Assembly: GCA_964016885.1 (NCBI GenBank)
Contig: OZ024740.1
Coordinates: forward strand, 54,188,001 to 54,252,000
Length of the DNA: 64,000 nucleotides
Reading direction: 5' to 3'
Origin: Eledone cirrhosa
Taxonomy: Eukaryota
Made by a program: the position numbers and the translations under genes. The notes under the pieces were generated by a model. It had not been told where the DNA came from, did not search any database, and saw only the letters and a program-made list of their open reading frames with translations. Position 1 is the first letter of the stretch. Each line of letters begins with the position of its first letter. Positions 52,871-64,000 of this stretch are shown piece after piece.

Positions 52871-54712
52871 CTTGTGGGTATGTGTCTGTGTGTTATATGT
52901 TTATATACATATGTACATATATGTGTGGTATAAGATGTTGACTAACTGGACTAGCGTTTGTAACACTCCAATCACCAAACAATGATATTATTAGGATCAG
53001 CCACCAAACATAATAAGTATCCTTTCAATTACCTTGTGGTAGTTCAAGTCGGAATATACTTACGATAATAAAAATGTGAAGGATGGACATTCATATGTCA
53101 TTTCATTGCGTGAAACGAATATGTAATACGTATCCCCGTGGTATTAACAACACTTCCCCAGACACACGCTCACACACACACATGCACACACACATGCACA
53201 CGCACATACACACATGCACAAACACACACACACACACATACACACACACATGGATGTAATAAAAACCAGTTAGACCATTTCTCACCAGAGAACTCAATAC
53301 GTGATGTAGTAGAGTGGGTAATATGAAAAATTCGGGTCCCCGATGGATCTAGCAGTTGAAACGGCAGAAGCTCAGCCGTTGCGGTGCAGAATTTTTCACA
53401 CACGCACACATATATATATATAGAGAGAGAGAGAAAAGAAAGGGGGAGGTGAACTGAATAGCGAACTGATAGAAAAAGGCTTAAACGAAATGCTTAGTAT
53501 CTATTTTTGCAGCATCACTTTACGTAAAGTTTTATGTATTTAGTTGTGTTAGTTTTCGGTTGCTGTGTTTAAATGTTGTCTTCGTAACGCTCTTAAAACT
53601 ACACATTCTCAAATTATTTCCACTTGCTAACTGCCTGAACAGATATTTGTAACGTTTAAATTTGACAATTTATACAATGTAATAATTTCATTTCTACAAT
53701 TCCTAAATTTAATTCTATTTAAAAGCAGTATTTATTAAAAAAATCAACAACAAATGATGAAACATTCATTTTCTTTCTTTATCCCCGTTGTTTATTTGCT
53801 TGCGTTAATTCTTTAATACATTCGCTGAATATATTAGAAACCATATAGTTGACGACTACAAAATGATAAGATGATTGAAACAATATTCGCCATCGCCTTT
53901 ATTCCTACAGATCTTTGTGTTGTTTCTAGCCATCCGCTTCTTACATTCTTGCTTCCAGTTGGTCAATTATTCCATATCCACTGTCAAAGAGATAGCGCAA
54001 CAGACCCTCGAGGAACGTCTTTTGTCACCATAGAAACCGAATATTGATTCGAAATTCAGTTAATGGTTTGTTTGTTGCGCAATCTCATTTCTGTCGTTTA
54101 TTCTCCATGTACGTATCATTCATTTGTTCTTCTTTTTCTGTTTTTCTTTCTTTTTTTCCCTCTTTCCCTTTGTTCTGAATAATAGATATCTCTTCTCTTC
54201 GAACAATTTTCTAGATTGAAGATCAATATGATTAAGAGGAAGTAGCTTAAAAAACAAAGGCGCAGGAAGAGAAGAATAACAGCAGCAGCAATGACAACCA
54301 AAATGAATGGCAGTTTTACCATAATGACAATAACACCAACAGCAAGAAAAAAAAAGGACACGAAGGAAGAATGTGTAGAGAAGGAAGGAGGAGTAGTAAG
54401 AGAAGAGAATGGGTGGTGGTGGTTATTGTTGTGATAGAGCTGGTGTTGCAGTAAGAAAAGAACGAATTATGAGAATGGAGATTCATACAGCAAGGAAGCA
54501 GCAGAAGAGTATCATTCGAAATGGTAATGAAGATGATGATGATGTTCCTGGGTATTTTTATTTATGGAGATGTTGGCGGAATTAAGAACAAGTAGACGAA
54601 AGAGAGGAAGAATTTGGGTTTTTTACTACAAGAAAATGTTACCATTTAAAAGTAATAACCCTACAAAGTAACATATTAGATTATCAACTAAATAGATTAG
54701 GAAAGTCTCACT

Positions 54713-54783
<71 letters not shown>

Positions 54784-54784
54784 A

Positions 54785-54851
<67 letters not shown>

Positions 54852-55047
54852 TGTATGTATATATATATATATATATATGTATAATGTACTCCACCCCCAC
54901 CATCCTTTACTCTTATTTCTTCCTCTTCCTTACCCCCCCCCTCACTTTTTCACAATCTCATACATCAATCTTAATTTATTTTTCATATGTTGATTTAAAA
55001 CTTCACTATTCACAAGTGTTTTTTAAGCTTCATATCATGTTTCCCTA

Positions 55048-55111
55048 TTTTATCTGATGAGAACGCAGATATCCCATGATGATATTTGTTTTTGAAATGC
55101 GCATAATAAAA
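55048..55111 (+). ncRNA. Type I hammerhead in an about 165-bp element (54983-55148); diverged antisense copy at 56141-56303 (HHR about 56176-56242)
   Basis: TTTTAT-CTGATGA-GAACGCAGATATC..GATATTTGTTTTT-GAAA-TGCGCA-TA-ATAAAA; palindromic stem III AUGCGCAU; second copy has CTGACGA. Confidence 0.75.
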
Positions 55112-55143
55112 TACTTGGAACTCTTTTATTCATCTTTTGATCT

Positions 55144-55308
<165 letters not shown>

Positions 55309-55337
55309 CAGTATATATATATATATACACACATATT

Positions 55338-55375
<38 letters not shown>

Positions 55376-55740
55376 GGAAAAAGTATGACCCCGACGGCAG
55401 AGCTCAAGCCGTTTCGACGGCTATTTCTGGACTCAGAAATAGCCGTCGAAACGGCTTGAGCTCTGCCGTCGGGGTCATCATTTTTCCTATTCCCACTCTC
55501 TCTCTCTCTCTCTATATATATATACAGTTCAAGAGTAACCAATCTTAAACAGAGAGATGGAGATAGGAGAGGAGAAGAGAGATTGGTGAATTAGTTAGAA
55601 GCCAATTTTACCTAAGTTAATTATCTTCAACTGAACCAGATCAATAATGATCTACAATCATTTGATCCAGAAACATTATAAGGAGTAGCGAAACAATTGT
55701 AAACGGACATTATTAGTATTATTATTATTATTCTTTACAA

Positions 55741-55930
55741 GGGCGGTGGATTGGCAGTATCAGTAGAGGGTCGGACGCCATGCTTTCCAGCATAGTTACG
55801 TCCCTTTACGATCTGAGTTCAAATCCCGCCGAGGTTAACTTGGCCTTTCATCCTTACGGGGTCGATAAAATAAAGTACCAGTCAGACACTGGGTATCTGC
55901 TGGCCTTGTGCCAAAAGTAGAAACAATTAT
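55741..55930 (+). mobile_element. tRNA-derived SINE, full copy
   Basis: GGGCGGTGGATTGGCAGTATCAG...GAGTTCAAATCCCGCC...CAATTAT. Confidence 0.9.
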
Positions 55931-56550
55931 TTAACCTCCAATCTTTCTGGTCTTAATCTCTTACTCTATTTTGTATTTTATTTTATTGGCAGTTCTGGCA
56001 ACATGGTCATACGCAAATATAATTCTATCGGATTCAATACACGATCTCACATCACACAACTTCCAAAACAAATACATAAACATACACAGACGCCCCCAAT
56101 ATATATATATTTATATATATTCATATATATATATATATATATAAGATCAAAAGATGGTGAAAAGAGTTCCATGTATTTTATTATGCGCATTTCAAAAACA
56201 AATATCATCATGCAATAACATTTGTGTTTTCGTCAGTTAAATAGGGAGACATGATATGAAGGTTAAAACACACTTGTGAATAGTACAGTTTTAAATCAAC
56301 ATATTTATACTCCAGTCCTACAAACTGTAGAGTGCTTCTTATCCGATATCTGCATTGCTTTATTGTACTACAATAAAACCCACCTCCTACATATATATAT
56401 ATACATATTATATATATATACATATATATACATATTATATATATATATATATATATAGTTGTTATATAGTAAGGTGTATTATTCGTACGCTTTTGTATAT
56501 CTCCAATTCCATTCAAGGGAACAGCTAGATGATGTAAAACGAAGTATAAG

Positions 56551-56890
56551 TATCAAAATGAAAATCTGAAAGCAAGGTAAATTTCCAATCATTTAATCAC
56601 GACACATGTTTCAATAAGAGATAGATCGATTGTGAAGCCATGATCGATTATCACTGCTCTCATCAGGTGAAAATGAATTGTCTTCAAATTCCTGATATGA
56701 GGGAATGAATTCTGTGAGAGAACATCGTTATTTTTCTCCCTCATATCAGAAATTTGAAGACAATTCATTTTCACCTGATGAGATCAGTGATAATCGATCA
56801 TGGCTTCACAATCGATCTATCTCTTATTGAAACATGCGTCATGATTAAATGATTGGAATTTTACCTTGCCTTTCGATTTTCATTTTGATA
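56551..56890. repeat. Fold-back inverted repeat (about 153-bp arms), one hammerhead per arm (56597-56670 on -, 56771-56844 on +)
   Basis: TCAC-CTGATGA-GA(G/T)...CTC-TTATT-GAAA-CATG(T/C)G-TC-(G/A)TGA. Confidence 0.75.
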
Positions 56891-56904
56891 TTTTGATATT
56901 TACC

Positions 56905-59120
56905 TATCTAGATAGATAAATATTGCTGATGAGTTGTAACAACAACGAAACTAGTTCAATATTCCTTGTCTGGCTTTCTGGAGAATAGAGGAAAGGTTTC
57001 CTCGAAAACCAGTATGACTCTAAAAACCGGTTTGTCTGTGTGTTTACATACAGAATAGCTGGGTTACTCACAGTAAAGTAACCAGTGAAAGACTTGTTAC
57101 ATCTACATATGTATACGTGTGTGTATTCATATGCATACTAGTATTTCAGTATGCATATGTAGATGTACATTTTAAACTTAATTGTTTAAGCGTCAGTCAT
57201 ACAAATGTGAGTTACAAACGAAACGAAATTTAATTTCGTTTCGTTATTTGTTTTTATCGTCTCCGCTGAACCGGTGCGTACTCACACTCTATGCAAATTA
57301 GTCTGCCCACTACTAATTTTCATAGAAAAAGCATATAACGATATGTGCTTTTACGATTCTCCAGAAAGGCCGGTAGATAGGTAAATATTGCTGATGAGTT
57401 GTAACAACAACGAAACTAGTTCAATATTCCTTGTCTGGCTTTCTGGAGAATAGAGGAAAGGTGTTTCCTCGAAAACCAGTATGACTCTAAAAACCGGTTT
57501 GTCTGTGTGTTTACATACAGAATAGCTGGGTTACTCACAGTAAAGTAACCAGTGAAAGACTTGTTACATCTACATATGTATACGTGTGTGTATTCATATG
57601 CATACTAGTATTTCAGTATGCATATGTAGATGTACATTTTTAACTTAATTGTTTAAGCGTCAGTCATACAAAAGTGAGTTACAAACGAAACGAAATTTAA
57701 TTTCGTTTCGTTATTTGTTTTTATCGTCTCCGCTGAACCGGTGCGTACTCACACTCTATGCAAATTAGTCTGCCCACTACTAATTTTCATAGAAAAAGCA
57801 TATAACGATATGTGCTTTTACGATTCTCCAGAAAGGCCGGTAGATAGGTAATTATTGCTGATGCGTTGTAACAACAACGAAACTAGTTCAATATTCCTTG
57901 TCTGGCTTTCTGGAAAATAGAGGAAAGGTGTTTCCTCGAAAACCAGTATGACTCTAAAAACCGGTTTGTCTGTGTGTTTACATACAGAATAGCTGGGTTA
58001 CTCACAGTAAAGTAACCAGTGAAAGACTTGTTACATCTACATATGTATACGTGTGTGTATTCATATGCATACTAGTATTTCAGTATGCATATGTAGATGT
58101 ACATTTTAAACTTAATTGTTTAAGCGTCAGTCATACAAATGTGAGTTACAAACGAAACGAAATTTAATTTCGTTTCGTTATTTGTTTTTATCGTCTCCGC
58201 TGAACCGGTGCGTACTCACACTCTATGCAAATTAGTCTGCCCACTACTAATTTTCATAGAAAAAGCATATAACGATATGTGCTTTTACGATTCTCCAGAA
58301 AGGCCGGTAGATAGGTAAATATTGCTGATGAGTTGTAACAACAACGAAACTAGTTCAATATTCCTTGTCTGGCTTTCTGGAGAATAGAGGAAAGGTGTTT
58401 CCTCGAAAACCAGTATGACTCTAAAAACCGGTTTGTCTGTGTGTTTACATACAGAATAGCTGGGTTACTCACAGTAAAGTAACCAGTGAAAGACTTGTTA
58501 CATCTACATATGTATACGTGTGTGTATTCATATGCATACTAGTATTTCAGTATGCATATGTAGATGTACATTTTTAACTTAATTGTTTAAGCGTCAGTCA
58601 TACAAAAGTGAGTTACAAACGAAACGAAATTTAATTTCGTTTCGTTATTTGTTTTTATCGTCTCCGCTGAACCGGTGCGTACTCACACTCTATGCAAATT
58701 AGTCTGCCCACTACTAATTTTCATAGAAAAAGCATATAACGATATGTGCTTTTACGATTCTCCAGAAAGGCCGGTAGATAGGTAATTATTGCTGATGCGT
58801 TGTAACAACAACGAAACTAGTTCAATATTCCTTGTCTGGCTTTCTGGAAAATAGAGGAAAGGTGTTTCCTCGAAAACCAGTATGACTCTAAAAACCGGTT
58901 TGTCTGTGTGTTTACATACAGAATAGCTGGGTTACTCACAGTAAAGTAACCAGTGAAAGACTTGTTACATCTACATATGTATACGTGTGTGTATTCATAT
59001 GCATACTAGTATTTCAGTATGCATATGCAGATGTACATTTTTAACTTAATTGTTTAAGCGTCAGTCATACAAAAGTGAGTTACAAACGAAACGAAATTTA
59101 ATTTCGTTTCGTTATTTGTT

Positions 59121-59127
<7 letters not shown>
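56905..59127 (+). repeat. 467-bp tandem array (about 4.7 units), one type I hammerhead per unit; retrozyme-like
   Basis: Cores at 56926, 57391, 57858, 58325, 58792; ends ...TTTTTAT into (TA)n. Confidence 0.95.
56919..56963 (+). ncRNA. Type I hammerhead ribozyme (467-bp family, first of 5)
   Basis: AATATTG-CTGATGA-GTTGT(AACA)ACAAC-GAAA-CTAG-TT-CAATATT; perfect 7-bp stem I, palindromic ACUAGU stem III, GUU triplet. Confidence 0.9.
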
Positions 59128-59153
<26 letters not shown>

Positions 59154-59199
59154 GATAGATAGATATATAGATATATAGATAGATAGAGATATATAGAGA

Positions 59200-59293
<94 letters not shown>

Positions 59294-59585
59294 CTGAAAT
59301 CTTTAATTTTTAGTTTTTAATTCTTATTAATTCTTTTTAATTGTAGTGCGCAACATTTGATAAGATGAATTTTATCAATACATTGAAACCGGTAATACGT
59401 TATATACATTATAAGATGCTTTTTAAAAAGAATTGTCCATCTCAATTCTTCAATAATGTCACTTTGACGAAGCAAAGAAAGGGAAAAAAAGAAAAACAGA
59501 CCTTTAAACATATTTTCCGTGTTATTTCTAATTTCACCTTTTCACTACAACCACTGTTTTGTATAAAACCTTACTTCCTTTTCAA

Positions 59586-59740
<155 letters not shown>

Positions 59741-59764
59741 TACTAATATATAATATATATATAT

Positions 59765-62700
59765 ATTTGAAAAGGATGAGAAAACACAAGTAAGCATTAA
59801 GAGAAGGATTTTATCCAGGTATTTACGACCGTTTCATTGGTAAGTGCAACCTTATATTGCTATACTGCAAATAGCAGCCATTCAATTATAATTGTTGTTC
59901 ACAGTCCACATTTTCAAAATAGTAAGTTACTCTTGAAATAATTCTTAATATAATGAGAAAAACATTTATTTGGAATTGTTTTTACTAGTATAGAGAGAGA
60001 GGAATCAGGAGGTGAGGGGACAAACGGAATAGTATAGAGAGAGAGAGGAAGGGGGAAGAGGTAGGAAGTAGAGTGACAAACTGAGATGGAGGGAGGGGTG
60101 GAGGTGGAAGGATTCCTTGGTCAGTTTTGATAGCAGACTTCATGTCGTGGAATGTAGTGAGTTAAAGAGAATTAAATTGATCATAGTGGGAGGGATGGAT
60201 AGAGAGGGGGAGAGAGAGAGGGGGGGGGGGGAGATATAAAGAGATAAATGTATATATATATATATATAAAAAGAATAAAGATAAAGATAATAATGACAAA
60301 AATAAAAGCAAAGAAGGGGGTGAGAAAGAAGAAAAGAAGAGATAGCCAAGAAGGGGAGGGAAGGAAGGAAGAAAACGAAGAAATAGAAGAGGAATGAGTG
60401 AGACGAGGGGGATATATGTATTGGTTTTGTGGGTAATTAAAAGGATTTAGATTCAACAAAAGGGTATAAAGTCTAAGTATATGCAGTTTGTCAGTTGGTA
60501 GTAAGAGTTTAAGGGTTCGATTTGTAGTGCGAAAACTTCTCTTTGAGTCTATGGTTACAATAAATAGATCTTTCGATTTTATTGTTGAGTAACTTATTCT
60601 TCGAACTTAAGATGTGGAACAGCTCAAGGTCGCATAATCGACAGCTTCTCATACCACTCCGATATGGGGGCGCGTTCGATAATTTTTTCCACTTCAAGGT
60701 GTATTGATGGTTACTTTCCCTCAGTTGCCAGGTCTTGTTTGCAAGGGTAGTTACATAACGGTGCTGGGAATGTTTCATTGCGTAACGGTGTGTATATCAA
60801 CGGGCTTTAAATGTATTCCCAGTCGCTCCGATGTAATACCATTTCTGGTTGTCTGATTCCACTGTACATTGGTAGACCAGGTTAGACTGCATACATTCAT
60901 TATGTAATGGACAGGTTTCAGGTAGGTGGCAGTTACAGTTCTTGTCACGGGCAACTTTTGGCATTATTTGTGGGCTGCAATGCCTGTGCAAGTGTGTTAC
61001 GTTTTGTTTGCCTATTAGCGGGTGGTTGTGTATTTGATATTCTGTTGTGTTCGGTGGTGATTGTATTGTTATTGTTGTAAATTTGTGTTTTGGTGTTGTT
61101 ATGTATCTTTTTAGCGTTAAGCATCTTAATGTGTGCCTCTATATTTGGTGCCGTGGAGTAAGATAGTCTAATAGATTTAGTGTTAAGGATTTTGTTGTAT
61201 CTATGTGAATCTGGAAAATGCTTATATATTATTCTAATGAAGGTAGAGGGTAGGTTAGTACTAATAGAGGTGTTAAATATGGGGTTATACCAAATATATT
61301 TTCTACTGCGTGACTTGTTTGATTTCGATGTTGTATTTCTATTTGCCGTTTACTTTGCAGTTCTATGCGTAAGTGCGTGTGTGCGTGTGTTACCGGAGTT
61401 TGTGTTATGCGTGTTCGTTTGCGCTTCACGGAGGCTTTCATCTATATATTCTACTGTATCTAAGTGGCCTGCCTTGTCTAATGCGGTATTGTAGTATTCT
61501 GCATGTTCTTCGAAGATTTGTTGGTTAGACGAGAGGCGGGAAATCCTAAGGGATATGCTGCGTGGAATGGATTTAATTATGGATAGTGGGTGGTTTGAGT
61601 TACAGTTGATGTATGCTAAGTTTTCATTAATCTTGTGAAAAGGTCTTATAAGTCCCGTATTTAGGTTAAGCGTCACGTCTAGAAAGTTAACTGTTTTAGT
61701 GCTATACTCATACGTTATGCTAAGGACTAGTTTTCCGAGATTCTTTCTAATATTCTTACGGAGTCTTTCTATGCTCTGGTTATTTAGGTTCTTAACTAGG
61801 AGAAGGGCATCGTCTCTGTAGATTCCACCGTGAAGGTCGCTAAAACCACTTTGTAAACTATGGGCTATGTAAATACCTACTAAATCTGTGACTTGAGCCA
61901 AGTCGTTAGCCCCCATCGTGATGTCAAAGTTATTTAATCTATCCTTACGTTCCCAATAGGCGTTTTCAAATTTAATTATTGTTTTCCTAGCAGCTCATAT
62001 GATTTTTATCTCGTCGTCTTTTATGTCAGAATTGGCTTTGGCGAATGCTAAGGCTTTATCCAAGGTGTTGGGGGATATAGATGAGTAATAATCGTTAATG
62101 TCAAATTGTATAAATTTAGATGCTTCTTTCTTAGCTATATTTTTAAACCACTTAATTGTTTCGCTAGCGTTACCCCATAGTTTAATCACTACTTTATTCT
62201 TCATTTGTGCTATCACTCTGTCTAATATATGTTTACTAATTTTCCCGATGTCCGATTTGGACGGACATATATGTCTAATTGTGGCGTTATAATCAAAATT
62301 TACCTTGTGGTCCTTGAGATTAAATGTGGGGGTACATGGCCTAAGTGGCTCCGTTCTGTCGTCTGTTCCTAGGTGTTTGACTATATTGTGTGCCTCTTTG
62401 TTGATGTTTATCAGTGCCGCCTCATTTGTTTTCTTGTATTTCCTATGTAATTCCTTCCGTATGAAGCTATTGTATGTATTAACATCCATCGTATACACAT
62501 TTGATGTTTTGTCTGCTTTGACAATAATTCCATTGGTGGTTCGCAGCTTTTTTAGGAATGTATTTATGTCATTCTGGAGTTTTTTTATTCCTCCGCTTTT
62601 TGAATTTGATATTCATAATCATCTTCAGTAAGTCCTGTTCAAAGGCATCCATTTGAGGGTTGGTAGGTGTGTTCTTACACAATTTGTTTCCTTGTTGTAT

Positions 62701-62840
62701 TCCACGGTGCGACCATTACGTCCTTTGTCGAAATGGAAAGTTTTCCATCTAACTCTGCGTATAAAGTGGTTTGTTTGCTGTATCATCCCGAGAGTATAAT
62801 CCTTTTTCCTAGGTATAGGAATGTTCTTTAGGAATGTTCT

Positions 62841-62845
<5 letters not shown>
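59765..62845 (-). mobile_element. Decayed Penelope-like retroelement, second family (possibly Hydra clade), TA-flanked
   Basis: RT and GIY-YIG remnants plus about 750 bp of 3' UTR, between (TA)n tracts. Confidence 0.85.
60509..62835 (-). pseudogene. PLE RT/GIY-YIG ORF remnant
   Basis: KNIPIP..FIRRVRWK, LKDHK, CPSKSDIGKISK, FIQFDINDYYSSIS, MGANDLAQVTDLVG, GIYRDD, VNFLDVTLNL, SNHP, CNC..CPL..C..NLVYQ..YIGATGNTFKAR, CRLC..CNH. Confidence 0.9.
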
Positions 62846-62874
<29 letters not shown>

Positions 62875-62876
<2 letters not shown>

Positions 62877-63150
62877 ATAATAATAAATTTGAAGACTAAA
62901 ATCCAAAGAAGGCTCGATAAGTATAAATATATATCACATATTTAAGAACCATAGAGCAAATATTTATTAAAATAACAGATTCAATTTTAAGCAAAGAATC
63001 GCTGCTTTCACAATTAACGGGATCTTCTGAAACTAAAAAAATTAATCTGTGAACGCAGAAGTAAATATTTCGAAAAATGTTGCTACCGAAGGAAGAGAGG
63101 AAGACGATATTTTGGTTCGTGGAAACGTTCTGGCAAAGAACGAAAAAAAC
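62875..63150 (-). mobile_element. PLE pseudo-LTR copy (same family as 47655-47905)
   Basis: Reverse complement similarity to 47655-47905; followed by an about 140-bp tandem duplication (63110-63395). Confidence 0.75.
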
Positions 63151-64000
63151 GAAGTTAATACGTCATCATTTGGAGCGGTGAAACAATTACACGCAGAGAC
63201 AAAACCACGTCTATGGTATAAATGAAGTCGTAGACTAATATTCTATTAGGTAGTTCGTGGAGACGTTTTCTGGCAATGAACGAACAAAATGAAGATAATA
63301 TGTCATTATGTGGAGCGTGGAGAACAATTACACGCAAAGGCAAAACCACGTTTATCGTATAACTGAAGTCGTAGAATAAAATTCTATTTAGGAAACCGAA
63401 TGATACTCGGCTCAGAGTTAAGAATAAAGTAAATAAATACAGAGGTAATTGAAATTAAATATATACATACACACATCCATATACGTACTTACAAGAGCAT
63501 ATGCGAAAACACTCCCCATGGGTATGCAAATACAAGCACGTACACACAAAAAAAAAACACAAAAAAACACACGCACATACAGAACCCACGCAATGCCTGT
63601 GCCGCACACATACGAACGTATACACCAAATACACATAAAATATATAAATAAAAACATATATATATACACATGTGTGTGCGTGTATACATAATTAAATAAA
63701 CGTATATTAATATACACACATAAATACGTATACAACAAGCGCACACACACACCCACATGTAAAGACACATGTTCGCGGACCTACGTCATCCAAAACACAA
63801 AGTACACATATACACGCACCCTACATACGTACGAACCCGCATACTCACACATGCGCAAAACTCACGTATACACATAACCAAATGTACATGTACCAGTATA
63901 TATAATATATACGTATATATAATATACGTATATATAATAATATATATAATAATATATATAATAATATGTAATAATATATATATTTAATATACGTATACAT

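Noticed and set aside
53860-54060. Host exon
   Set aside because: No sustained open frame or recognisable protein motif; short exons cannot be excluded without RNA data.
59815-59840. Hammerhead in the 3' UTR of the second PLE (GAAACGGTC on minus strand)
   Set aside because: Only the 3' half is visible; no CUGANGA was found upstream.

Overview
AT-rich, microsatellite-dense eukaryotic (animal) DNA with no supportable host gene. The tRNA-head SINE family and the repeat landscape resemble Octopus/cephalopod genomes (inference, not verified). Conventional content: a near full-length Tx1/L1-clade LINE in a (TATC)n tract, a decayed mariner, two decayed Penelope-like elements (PLE; RT plus C-terminal GIY-YIG), RTE/CRE/R4-type LINE fragments, a Helitron-like element and about 10 SINE copies. 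The main signal is read directly from the sequence: many type I hammerhead ribozyme (HHR) motifs (stem I-CUGANGA-stem II-GAAA-stem III-NUH-stem I) from about 10 sequence families. They occur (i) once per unit in near-perfect 310-bp and 467-bp tandem arrays resembling non-LTR retrozymes (circular-RNA-like units), (ii) in head-to-head fold-back duplications that all share one polarity, and (iii) in PLE pseudo-LTRs. Most abut (TA)n tracts. This suggests a PLE-driven, (TA)n-targeted system of ribozyme-bearing small RNAs integrated by rolling-circle reverse transcription and cDNA fold-back. Activity and mechanism are inferred, not shown.
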